A stretch of 64,000 bases of DNA from Paramecium tetraurelia. Its lineage: Eukaryota. Every line of letters begins with the position of its first letter. The stretch's first letter is position 1. The translations under genes and the position numbers were made by a program. Below, piece after piece: positions 53,186 to 64,000 of this stretch. The notes under the pieces were generated by a model. It saw nothing but the letters and a program-made list of their open reading frames with translations, was not told the origin of the DNA and did no database searches. The stretch is taken from positions 1 through 64,000 of the forward strand of contig CT868036.1 of NCBI GenBank assembly GCA_000165425.1, in the 5' to 3' direction.

Positions 53186-54698
53186 AACTACATTTATTTA
53201 AAACATATTTATCTATTATTTATTATAAAATTTATCTTATTCATTCTATTCTCATAGAGACTATTGGTTTTCATAATCTTAATTCGATACTAATATTTTA
53301 GACATTTTTGAAATAGAGTTTTGTTTAAATAAGAAAATATGTTAATTCAAGGAATTTTCTTTATTATATAACAATAAACTTATCTTTGTTTTAGAAAATT
53401 CGATGAACTTTTGAAGATGTGCTTCTTTAGACCTTCCAGCTAATAATACACCCTTATGATCTGGATGCTGCTAATCTCTTTAGATTTCCAAAATTTCATC
53501 AACAATTATATTTATGCAAATTAATGACAATGAATTTGATTCCAATTATAATCTTTTCAAAGAAAATTTCATATCTGAGAATATTTGATATTGTCGCATA
53601 GCTATAAATATCATGAGGATGTTAAGTAAACTTAGATTATATAATATTCTAACTTTATCATTTTTATAACTAGCTTGCTCTAAGACTAATTTAATATTTT
53701 TCAAAATTTATGATGTTTATTGGATTTAGAAGTTTAACAAAATTTTTATTTTCTTCAAATTTGTTGAGTATATATTAGAATACAGAAATCAAATAGGTCT
53801 CACCCAAAATCCGATGTAAGATCTCAAAAGTTAAATAAAGTAAAACTTCCATCAATACTTTAGAATAAATTTTCAATTATTGATTTAATTGATCAGGTTA
53901 TAAATCCTTGATTTTTGTTGACAATAGTATAAGTAAATAAAATTAGTTTAAAATCACGTATTTTTAACGAATATACTTGAAATTTAATTAAGGAAGTCAG
54001 TAGCACTTGTAGATAATTTATTTTAGGAAGCTTCCTTGATCATAAACAGTTTTTGTAAACATGTGATAAAATATAAGTTTTGTAAACTCTAAAAATACTT
54101 TAGTATTTATTTAGTTTTGAAAATTACAATTTAACAAAAGTACAGTAGTCATATAAAATATGAAGTAGGTTTTGTAGATTAGTTTAATGTAATTTAGACT
54201 TCATAATATTTTGTTGTTAATAAGGGTATTCTAATAGAGTATTTTGATATAAACACTTAAAATATTTAATGCCTCTATTTTTTTATAATAAATTATAAAA
54301 ATGATAAAAATTTCATAATTTCATTATTGTATAAATTTAACAAATTATTAAAAAAATTATAGTATTATAAATAATATACTGTTTTTCAACGCTTTCTTCT
54401 TAAATCCATAATTAATCCTAAACTTGCGATTTTGATTTCTTATAATTTATTGTTAACCTATAAATATTAAGTTCTAATTATTTGAGGAGCAATGAAGATT
54501 CAAAGGCATTACTTCAAATTTTAATCACGTAGAATGTGATTATGCTTTTAACATGGTCTCGAGCATAAATATCAATATAGAAAAATGCGAATTATAAGAT
54601 ATTATTTTAACAATCCAATACATATTTTTACCAAACGATTAGAGTATTAATAGGCCTTTCAAATATTTCAGAAAAAATAATTAAATATTAAAAAGAAC

Positions 54699-55226
54699 AT
54701 GAGCATCACACAATCTTTTGAAGAAAGTCTTACTCTTACCAACAAAAATAACGAGAGCTGTGATACTCCTATATCAAGTTAAAGAAGAATTAATTGGAAG
54801 GTGGAGATGAGGAAGATGGTTTTGACAAAACTGCCCATCAAAAAGCCCAGTCCTAGACTGTGTGAATCATCAAAGTCCAAAAATATACCTAAAAATATTT
54901 CTAAAGTGATCACTTAACAAATACTGCGAGGATACTATAATCATCTCATCAGATGTAATCCCAAAACTTTCTTCTCTTTCATAAAGAAAAACAAAAATAT
55001 ATAAAACCTAACTACCCTTCTTAAACTTATCAAGCCACATAAAAATTAGGATGTCAACTCTTTGCACGAGTGTTTTCGAAATATATGGTATTTATTACTT
55101 TTAATTTCAAGTTGGTATTTTTTGAAGAAACAGTACGTTGGCTACGTTTTTAACTCTAAAATTAAAGACCCTTAATGGCATTTATAATACAGAAACGCCC
55201 TTCTAAAAATATGCAGAGATTTTTGA
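54699..55226 (+). CDS. Small basic hypothetical protein
   Basis: MSITQSFEES...SKNIPKNISKVI...CWYFLKKQYVGYVFNSKIKDPQWHLQYRNALL. One 24-nt GTA..AAG intron near 55088. Confidence 0.7.
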
Positions 55227-56382
55227 ACTGTTTCATTTTAAATTTGTTAAATTATTGCATTCAATCTTATAATATTCTCTTCAGCTATCTTAAGAACCTG
55301 ATAGAGCGTTCTTGAAATAGAAAGAGCCATATTTAAATTCTTGGAGGAAATAAAATGTTTATTTATGATTAATATACATATATATAAATAATTGATGTTC
55401 CTCCAGAGACTTTCACTGTTGTTTTACATTTAGATTAAAATATGAGAATTAAATCTTGGAAACATTATCAAATGCTTGCCTCTTCCGAGTCCATAATAAA
55501 ATGATATTTTGATAACTTTTTTTAAAATCATCAAAATCTATTTTTGAGGAGTTATTTCAAAAATATTCTAAGTTTCTCATATTTCTAAATTGCTAGCAGC
55601 AATCTAGAGGGATTTTCGTTTTACATAATCTTATTCTACAAAATTAAAATAATTATAACAAAGGTTGTTTGATGTATCAAAATGGTTCAATTATATGCTA
55701 AAGTAGTTCATTTATGAGTAAGGTGCTTAGTTAACAAGAAAAATGATGGAGTATAGCTAAAATGTGGAAGAAGAATTTTTTCAGTCAAAATTGCTAAAAA
55801 TATTGGAATCAACGTAGTAATTAAGAAATGAGATGGTTAGGTTTATTCACTTAGCAATTAGAATGACACGATAAAATAATGAGTTATTAAATATTTAATA
55901 TATTTTTATTTATTTAAAGATAAGATGATACCAATTAAATTAGGAGAAGTATGAAATAATTGAAGAAACCTAACAAAAGAACAATCTATGAAATAATAGA
56001 TAATTTTGCAAAATAAATTTTGATTAAGTTGTTAAGGTCTCATTGGAGGACTCAAGATCGAATTATAAAAAAGCAATAAATTGTTAATATAAAATATTGA
56101 ATTATTTTATATTAACAATTAAATAAAAGGATAATTATAATGAAAATTCACCTTAAAATGCTTCGAATACTAGCGATGAGCCATTAATTAATATTTTACT
56201 AGAAATTCAAACAATTTTGTTATTGAACAATTTAACTTTCTTTTTTTTTGAAATTGATTTAATTTATACTGGTGTAAGTCCTAGGCATTTTCAATTTTAT
56301 AAAAAGTTCGAAAGAATGATTTATAGACATTACAAATAAGGCATGAGAATTTAATTTGAGTAATTAGTTTTATAAATAATTA

Positions 56383-59300
56383 ATGAGTTCTGATTTTTTC
56401 CTTAATTAGGAACATAATTACTAGGGAGAAGAACATCATGGTAAAAATATAATTAGCAATTTAGATGAATCAAATAATTGGTAATTTAGAGGACCAATTC
56501 GATTTACATTCAAAATTGATCCTTTGGAAGATGGGGATTGCACAGTGAAACCACCAACAGTTGGAAGTTAATATATGGATAATTCAATTTCATAATAATC
56601 ACAATAACTGGAATAGATAAACAGTCCAAAAGTAGTTTAGTTTTCGCCTCCAGACTCAATAATAGAGGATATCCCTTTATTTTCCACACAGAAGCAAGAG
56701 CTATAAAAGGGTACTAAAGATTTCAAAGATCGACCACGAACAAATACAACGCAAAATGAATTTATGAAGAACTTTTTAAAAGCTGTTATAGCAAAAAGTT
56801 ATTCCAATCGTTTTATTGAAAACATGCTACAAAAGTCATATGTAAAGTAACCTTTTCATTTTTCTCAATTTTAAAATTCTTTGATGGATGATCTCAGATA
56901 TATTTATTAGCACAACAAATCTTCACAACATTGGTTGAGTGCGATTTGTAAGCACTTAAGATTTTTTCCAATTTTGGATTAAAGCAGCTATTTAGTGATT
57001 GGATGGTAAATAATCTACATTTTAACAATAATTACAGTATTTTTTTGGACTCCATTTAACATAGCCTTTGGTATCACATATCAATAAATTGTGTTTGGTG
57101 GACTATCAGTTAAAAATGTGGAAAGTTATTTTCTAATCACAATATTATTTGACGTATTGGTTGTTATAAATACATCCTATATAGAGAAGGGAATAATAAT
57201 AAAATCAAGGAGATAAATATTTACAAATTATTTGGCAGGACAAGCAGTTTATGATTTAGTATTAGACGTGATTTATATAGTTTTCATTTTGTGCCCTTTT
57301 GATTGCAATAGAATTTGAAATTGAAACTTCAAGTGAAAAATTAGGGTGGTAATTGTGTCCATATTGTTTATACTATTGTTGTCGATTGTTTAAATTACAA
57401 GAACGAGTACATAAATTGGAAGAGTAAATTGTATATGAGTGATATAGGTTTTTCAATCTCAATGCATCCTATTAAGATTTTATCGAATTAATTAAACTAC
57501 TTTTTATGGTCTTGTACGTAGGACATCTATTTGCTTGTTTATGGCATGGCGTTGCTTTTTATTAAAAGGGTTATCGATAAACTTGGATAGATGTATATGT
57601 GAATGAGTCTGATATGTTTTCAGTGTACAATTATGCATTCTATTGGGCAGTACAAACTATGATCACTGTAGGATATGGCGATATAACTCCATAAAACAAT
57701 GCAGAAAGAATGTGTGCAAATATTAGTATGTTTTTAGCATGTGGAGTCTTTGCTTTCTCATTCAATTCCATAGGTTTAATGCTAAGCAATCTCAATTCTA
57801 GGTAGGTCTTATATAAAAAAAGCATCAACTTGTTAAATTAATATTTGGTTAAGAATCAAATTAAAATTGATTTGCAATCACGAATTAGAAACTACTATGA
57901 TTATATATTTCAAGAGGAACAAGAAATCAACGATGAAGAAGTTTCTCAAATTACAGCAAAGTTATCAAGTAGCCTTTAAGAGGAACTTAATTTTGAGATT
58001 CGTTACAACGTGATGAAAACTAACAAAGTCCTAACCAAGTTCTCCTAAAAGGTCTTGAAGCAGTTGTCACTTCAAATTGAAGAAGTAAGGTTTTCACCAG
58101 AGGATCAAATATTATAATAAGGTATTTGTGATGATGCTGCCTTGTATATAATTACCAAAGGAAATGTGTGTATTTAATTTCAAGATGAAAACAAAGGAAG
58201 CAACACAAGAGCCCTATCAAATCTAACCAAGGGATAATCCTTTGGCGAGTATTCATTTTTCACAGGAATGAATAGAACTGCAACTGCTAAAAGCTTAGGA
58301 TTTTCAAGAGCCTACAAAATAACCAGACAATAATTACTGATTGTATTAGCTTAATCTCCCCTTGACTTGGTATATAGTATCATTTTATCAAAGGAAAGAT
58401 ATTCCGAAGTCAGAGATAGCATTCTACTCTCCAGTAATTATCAACCCTCTAAATTAAGTTGTTATTCTTGTAAAAAGTTCACACATCTCATCAAAGATTG
58501 TCCAGTCTTACATTATGTAGCAGATCAAGAACGAGTCTTAAAAAAAGAGTATTTCCCAATATACCAAGACAGAAGTCAGAAATTTAAAAGGAAATACGAA
58601 CGCAAAAGGTTTGAAACTTTGAAAGAATGCAAAAAAACTATGGTATTAGTCAGGGATTTCTAAACCAAATAAGTTTTAGATAATGTGACAGTCATGGATG
58701 ATGAATTAGATGTATCATATGATGATAATGAATTAGATATATCTCCCCCAGAATATTGTACTATAATTTAACATTTTTAGCATCTCTTACTAAAAGCTTG
58801 TCAAAAATCTCTAGATAACAATCTTAAAATAGAAGTTATTCATAAGATAATCATTTGTAACCTATTTAAGAAAGTGATAGTTCTATGGAGAGCGCCAGTC
58901 CTAATAAGCAAAGAGTCAAGTAAGTTAAATAGACCTTACAAACGGCTGGATTTGGTGTTAGCGAATCACTTCATAATAGACTTGTTTCTATTTAAGAAGA
59001 ATAGCTAACAGAATCAATTCATGACAAGCCATTATAAAATGCTGCCTAATCTAATCTTTAAAAATTAGAAGATTATAAATTTTCCATGAAAAATGATTCC
59101 CTTGGACTCCCCACTCTGGCTGAAAATGCAAGGTCATCTGGCAGGAAGATCACATTGGTTCGTAAATAAAAAAAAGAAGACTCATAAAAACTATTTTCAT
59201 CTTAAACCTAAGTTGATTCAAGGGAGAGAGGTTAATCAGCTCAAAATTCAAATAGGAAACCTAAATTAAAGGATATCAGAGAAATGTCATAAGAAATTGC

Positions 59301-59910
59301 AATAAACCCATCAGTATAATCGATTGATAAACGAGATCAATTAAGGAGAAAGACTACAAAAACTAATAGGAGCAAAACTGCAAAATCCCTCAAAACCAAA
59401 ATTTTAGATAATCACACACACACATTAAATTAAGAATTGTCAAGTCCTAACTACGATGAGTAACATGTTTCTATGGAATTAGAGGGATTTGAAGCATTAA
59501 AGAATTTCTAATGTTATTTTAGTTGGAATAACCCAAAAGTGATTGTTGCAAGAGCTATGAGAACTTTAAAAATGAACATGGATAAAAGGAAAAACTTTGG
59601 GAACATCTTTTCATTATACACATTCAATAACTTGGCTATGAATAAGGCTTTAAGAATTAAGAGGAAATTAAAGTTGATGTAAGTTCTATTGTCTATTTAT
59701 CTTAGTGATGATCCTCCTATTTAAACAACTGATATCAAAAAGGGACATCCATCAAAATCCCCCAAATAAACTAGAATAAGCATTAAGAGAAATACTTCAA
59801 CATAGGATGTTCTTGGTTTTCAACCTAAAAAACAAATTTTGGAGTCATAAATTTAAGTTTAAGGACATACATTCAATAAAATTCAACGAAATGAATTTGA
59901 ACTTAAATGA
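56383..59910 (+). CDS. CNBD-family (EAG/HCN-like) K+ channel with C-terminal CCHC knuckle
   Basis: S5 HLFACLW; pore YWAVQTMITVGYGDITP (~57641-57692); C-linker RIRNYYDY; CNBD FGEYSFFTGMNRTATAKS; CYSCKKFTHLIKDC; TGA at 59908; several tiny introns. Confidence 0.92.
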
Positions 59911-61341
59911 AGATAACTATTATATTATTTAAAGCAACTTAAAAATAAAAACAATTCTCAAAATGTTATTTAATTTAAGTAACAAATTAAATCTAATTAT
60001 AAATTTTTCATATAGTCAATTAGGATGAGTTTAAGTTACTTAAATATAAATATATTAATAATTAATATTAAGTTTTAGTGATTCTCTATGATAATTGGTA
60101 AATTCTAAAGGAATATATTTTCTAGATGATTTTATTATTATTATATTCTAAACAGATTCATAATTTATTATTATTTTTCTGTTTACTTATAATTATTAAT
60201 AATTTAATTTCTCTTAAATGAGATATGAATTTATTTAAGCACAATCACAATAAATTTACTAAAAAATAACACCTTTACTTAAGCCTACTGCTGATGTTTA
60301 AAGTTATGTCAGAGCATTAATATTTTTAGGAACAAATTAACTGGAAGATGATTGGCTTTCTGCCAAATAGCATTTTGAATTTGCGATCAATAGAATTCTT
60401 CAAGGGAGTGTAGATAGAAATAATTATCTATTTTGTGAGAAAATGCTTTTAAAACCCTTCAATAAATAAAGTTAATTAGGAAGAGATTTGTATTCCTTGC
60501 TTACAAATTGTTTGAACTTTTGTAAAGAAGAAAATAAATTCAAAAGAAGCAAGAGTGGGTAAACAGGAGTGAAAGCATGTGATCATATTCAATTGAATAA
60601 CTCCACAAAAATAGGAGCACTTGTAAAGTCATTTAAGGAAGAATATTAAAAGATGATAGATACAAGGCCATCACTCAAATCTAGAATGGTAGAAGAAAGA
60701 GTTAACAAACATATAGAACAAATAAAAGAAAAAATAAAAAGAACCAATAAAACAAGCTATTTTATTTCTCCAAGAAGAGAACAGTAAGAAAAAGCTAAAA
60801 GTTTGAATAAATGAATAATTTTTTTGATCTTCATATCATTTTTAAAGTACTCAAATTATTAACTTTGGTTTCATGTTACACATAGAGTATTTTCTGAAAA
60901 TTCAAATTGATTTTGGAACTAATATGGAATATTTGTCGAGTGTTAATGTTAAAATGAAAAGTAAGACATAGAATTTGGAATGTGCAATTCATTACATTTT
61001 GATAATAATACTTCTATAAATTTATTGCTAATTATTTCAAAAAAAAAGGATAGAATTTCAAAAATAATTATTCTCTATCCAACTTAATTAAAAAATAATT
61101 GGTCATACTATTGATAAGAGTTAACATTCTGATTAAAATTGAACTTAGTCTAAGACAATAATACATTTAGCCATAATATAAAAGAATAAATCAATGATCT
61201 TTTTATTAATCATACATTCTTATTACTTATTAGAACTCTAATAAAATATATTTTTAAATATTAAATCATAATCAAAACCTATATAGAATTCGAATTTTAT
61301 CAATATTACTTTATAAAATATTCATATATTTATACTCTTTT

Positions 61342-62465
61342 TCACCAGCTTCTATCAGGTTGATAATTTGGTATAGTGCTACCTTCATGCTGAATAGTTT
61401 AGGCTGCAGAATAATTTCCAGCTCTAACACATTTAATTAAATCAGCTCCATTTAATAATTCTGCTATAAACCTTTTATATATTTAATAAATTATACCCTC
61501 CACAAAAGGAATCCCCCGCACTGTTGGTATCAACTATCTTTTAAGGATCGACTGATTCTACTTAAATATTTAGAAGCTCGTTTTTCTTAGCAATTAATGT
61601 AGGTTTGTGACCTTATGTACAGACGACAACTCTATCCTTAGAACCTACTTTGCTAAACTTTGCAATTCTTAACATAGATTCCTGTAGACCAAATCCACAG
61701 CCAAAGTTTTTTCCAAATTATTCTACTTCTTCCTCATTTCCAAATAAATAATCAACATAGGGTAAGACTGCCAATATTTCATTAAATCTATCATTCACTG
61801 CATTTACACTCGACAATGAAAGACAAGTATGCACATTGTTTTCTTATGCAACTTTGAAGACATATTTTGTTAATTCCGCTCTCGGATATAGGAAATAAAC
61901 CTCACAAAATAAAACAGCTGCTGTTTTAACCTCCTCTATATGTTATTCAACAAATTCTTAACTCAAATGAGCAGATGCTCCTATTAGAGGTACCAGACAT
62001 CTAAAAATATTCATTTTACTACCTGTCCTTATTACATAAGAGAACAGCACATTTCCCAGTCGGATATGATTGTTCATCAAATAAAGCTGTAACTCCATCT
62101 TGGTATGTTGTTTCAATTAGCATTTGTGCAAATTTATCCTATTTTCCCACGCACCCGATAAATTTCACTTAATCCTTTTCAGCCTATGCCATCCATCTCG
62201 CCAATCTAATTGTATTCAAAGCAGACCCTATGATTAAGAAAATCAACATACCACCAGGAACGTGAGAATGAGTTGGAATTTTGATCAATTCTTCATATAA
62301 TTCAATATGCTTTTTCTCTGCAAAATATGTATTATTTAATTTTAATCCATATTTTTCTAGGAATTACAATGATACTTCAGCTTAAATATCTAGCAATGGA
62401 CTTCCCAACCCAATTATCTTTTTTGTTGCGAATTAATATTTAATTATACTAATTATATTTTTCAT
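61342..62465 (-). CDS. ADK: Adenosine kinase (PfkB/ribokinase family)
   Basis: IIGLGSPLLDI; VPGGSALNTIRLA; FIGCVG; PTGKCAVL; DRCLV; DYLFGNEEE; VVCTQG; IVDTNSAGDSFCGGF; three tiny introns. Confidence 0.92.
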
Positions 62466-62573
62466 AACATTTCCTTTCTATTTTTGGTTCTTTATATATG
62501 GAATATAAAGATATTAATTGAAATAAAGTAGAATGTTAAGAATATTGTAAAATTAGTTAGTATAAAACATTAA

Positions 62574-64000
62574 TCAATTTATTCTAATTTAGGAAAAGGT
62601 TCTTATTTACCTATCAATTGTATCTAGCTAAAATTATTATAATATAAGTTACAATGACTATGTCAACTAGAGCCTCAATGATTACAAATTTGGATTACTT
62701 GATTTGAGTTGTTTTCAAATATAATATCTACTATTCTTAACTCATGACTCTATTTTTTCTGAATGTATTGGACACATAATCTTAGAGTTTCTTCTCGAGA
62801 ATCAATAAAAATGATTCATATTCCTTTTGGTTGTTCTCTAATTTAGTATACTCCACTAATAAGGCATTTTTAGATTTGTTAATTTTTTCATATTCTAATT
62901 TCAAGGTTGCAATCTTCTATTCCAATTACCTTTGACTTTATGTTTTTTCATTTTATTCAATTTACTTTTGCACTTCACTTGATCTATGAGTCTTTTGTAA
63001 ATCTTGTAGTTCATTTTACAAATCGGATATAGTTTAATCTCTTATTTGTAATTTTTGGATGTACAATTATTATTCTGACTTCAGTTATGAGATCTCTTAT
63101 CTTAATTTCTATTCATTTCTATGAAGTTGGTTGGTTTTGTTGTTCAATTCATTTATAATGTTTTCACAGTTGTCTAATTTGAATGATTTTTGAATGTGTA
63201 AGAATATTTCTTATTTTTAATTTAATTACTCTTGCAATTCTAAAATGGTATTTCTATATAATTGATTTTCTTATTTCCAATTATCTTCAAATAATTCAAA
63301 GGATTTAATTGACATTTCCAGATTTTCTATCACACTCAAATTATATTAATTCTCAGTTTGCAGGGATTTCAATTCTTATTCTAAATGCTGATATTAACTT
63401 TTGAGATTAGTATATTGTTATGTCAACTGATCATATTCTCTTTTGAAATCATTATTTTATTTGATGTTGATATTTTCATCTTCTATTTTTTAGACATATT
63501 CAGACAATCTATTAATTTCCAATTGCTACTATTCAATTTAAGCATTCAATTGATTAGTTTCTGCCTAGAATGACTAATTATTTTGATAGATTTCCACATG
63601 AATTTATTCTAGTTGCAATCTTAATTAAGAATTATACTCAATTTATTTCTACAAATCTGAATCTAGTTTTTAGATATTCTAATCCTTCTCCTCATATATG
63701 CTGGATTGATTCTATTAATTTTGAAATAATTGAATCTACATTTATTCAATTTTCTCGATATATTGTTGAACTTCTTCTTTCAATCCATCATATTAATGTT
63801 ATAATGATAGTTTAGAAACCTCCATCTAGTCGAAATCCTCTTTGATCTAATCATAGAGATAATCTTTCATCTTCATTTGATCTTCAAATCCTCTTAAAGT
63901 AGAAGCTAGTATAGTCTTGTGAGCCTGTTGTTGATCACTAATGTTTTATTCCAACTCCTTTTTCTTTTTTTACAACTTATAAATAACGTCTTCCTATTGT
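62574..64000 (-). CDS. 3' part of a long coiled-coil protein (5' end outside the window)
   Basis: Q/E/K/L-rich table-6 reading on the minus strand extending to the window edge. The stop position depends on two inferred terminal tiny introns. Confidence 0.6.

Noticed and set aside
58460..58501. Retrotransposon gag remnant suggested by the CCHC knuckle
   Set aside because: The motif is in frame within the channel, and I saw no RT, integrase or LTR features nearby.

Overview
AT-rich eukaryotic DNA from a ciliate macronuclear chromosome, most likely Paramecium (aurelia-complex type). TAA/TAG read as Gln and TGA is the only stop. Introns are about 22-30 nt (GT..AG), intergenic spacers are often under 100 nt, and the histone H3 has the Paramecium-type tail. 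The supplied standard-code ORF track is therefore mostly fragmented or antisense, so I re-translated genes by hand with table 6. About 20 genes were found. In order: a giant NACHT/STAND-pentapeptide-WD40 (NLR-like) gene with an LRGG|GC motif, an in-frame TGA and an assembly gap; a Zn-finger-WD40 protein; a hybrid histidine kinase; a Tubby-domain protein; histone H3; an ATG2-like lipid transporter; an AIG1/GIMAP-like GTPase; CFAP57 head-to-head with a four-domain EEEE Ca2+ channel; the fusogen HAP2/GCS1; eIF3L; a TBC Rab-GAP; PP1 inhibitor-3; a RING-H2 protein; a CNBD K+ channel; adenosine kinase; and several hypothetical proteins. The most intriguing feature is the NLR-like protein, whose short leader ends in a ubiquitin-type LRGG immediately before a cryptic myristoylation/palmitoylation signal. 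Coordinates and splice sites were read by eye and may be off by a few bases.
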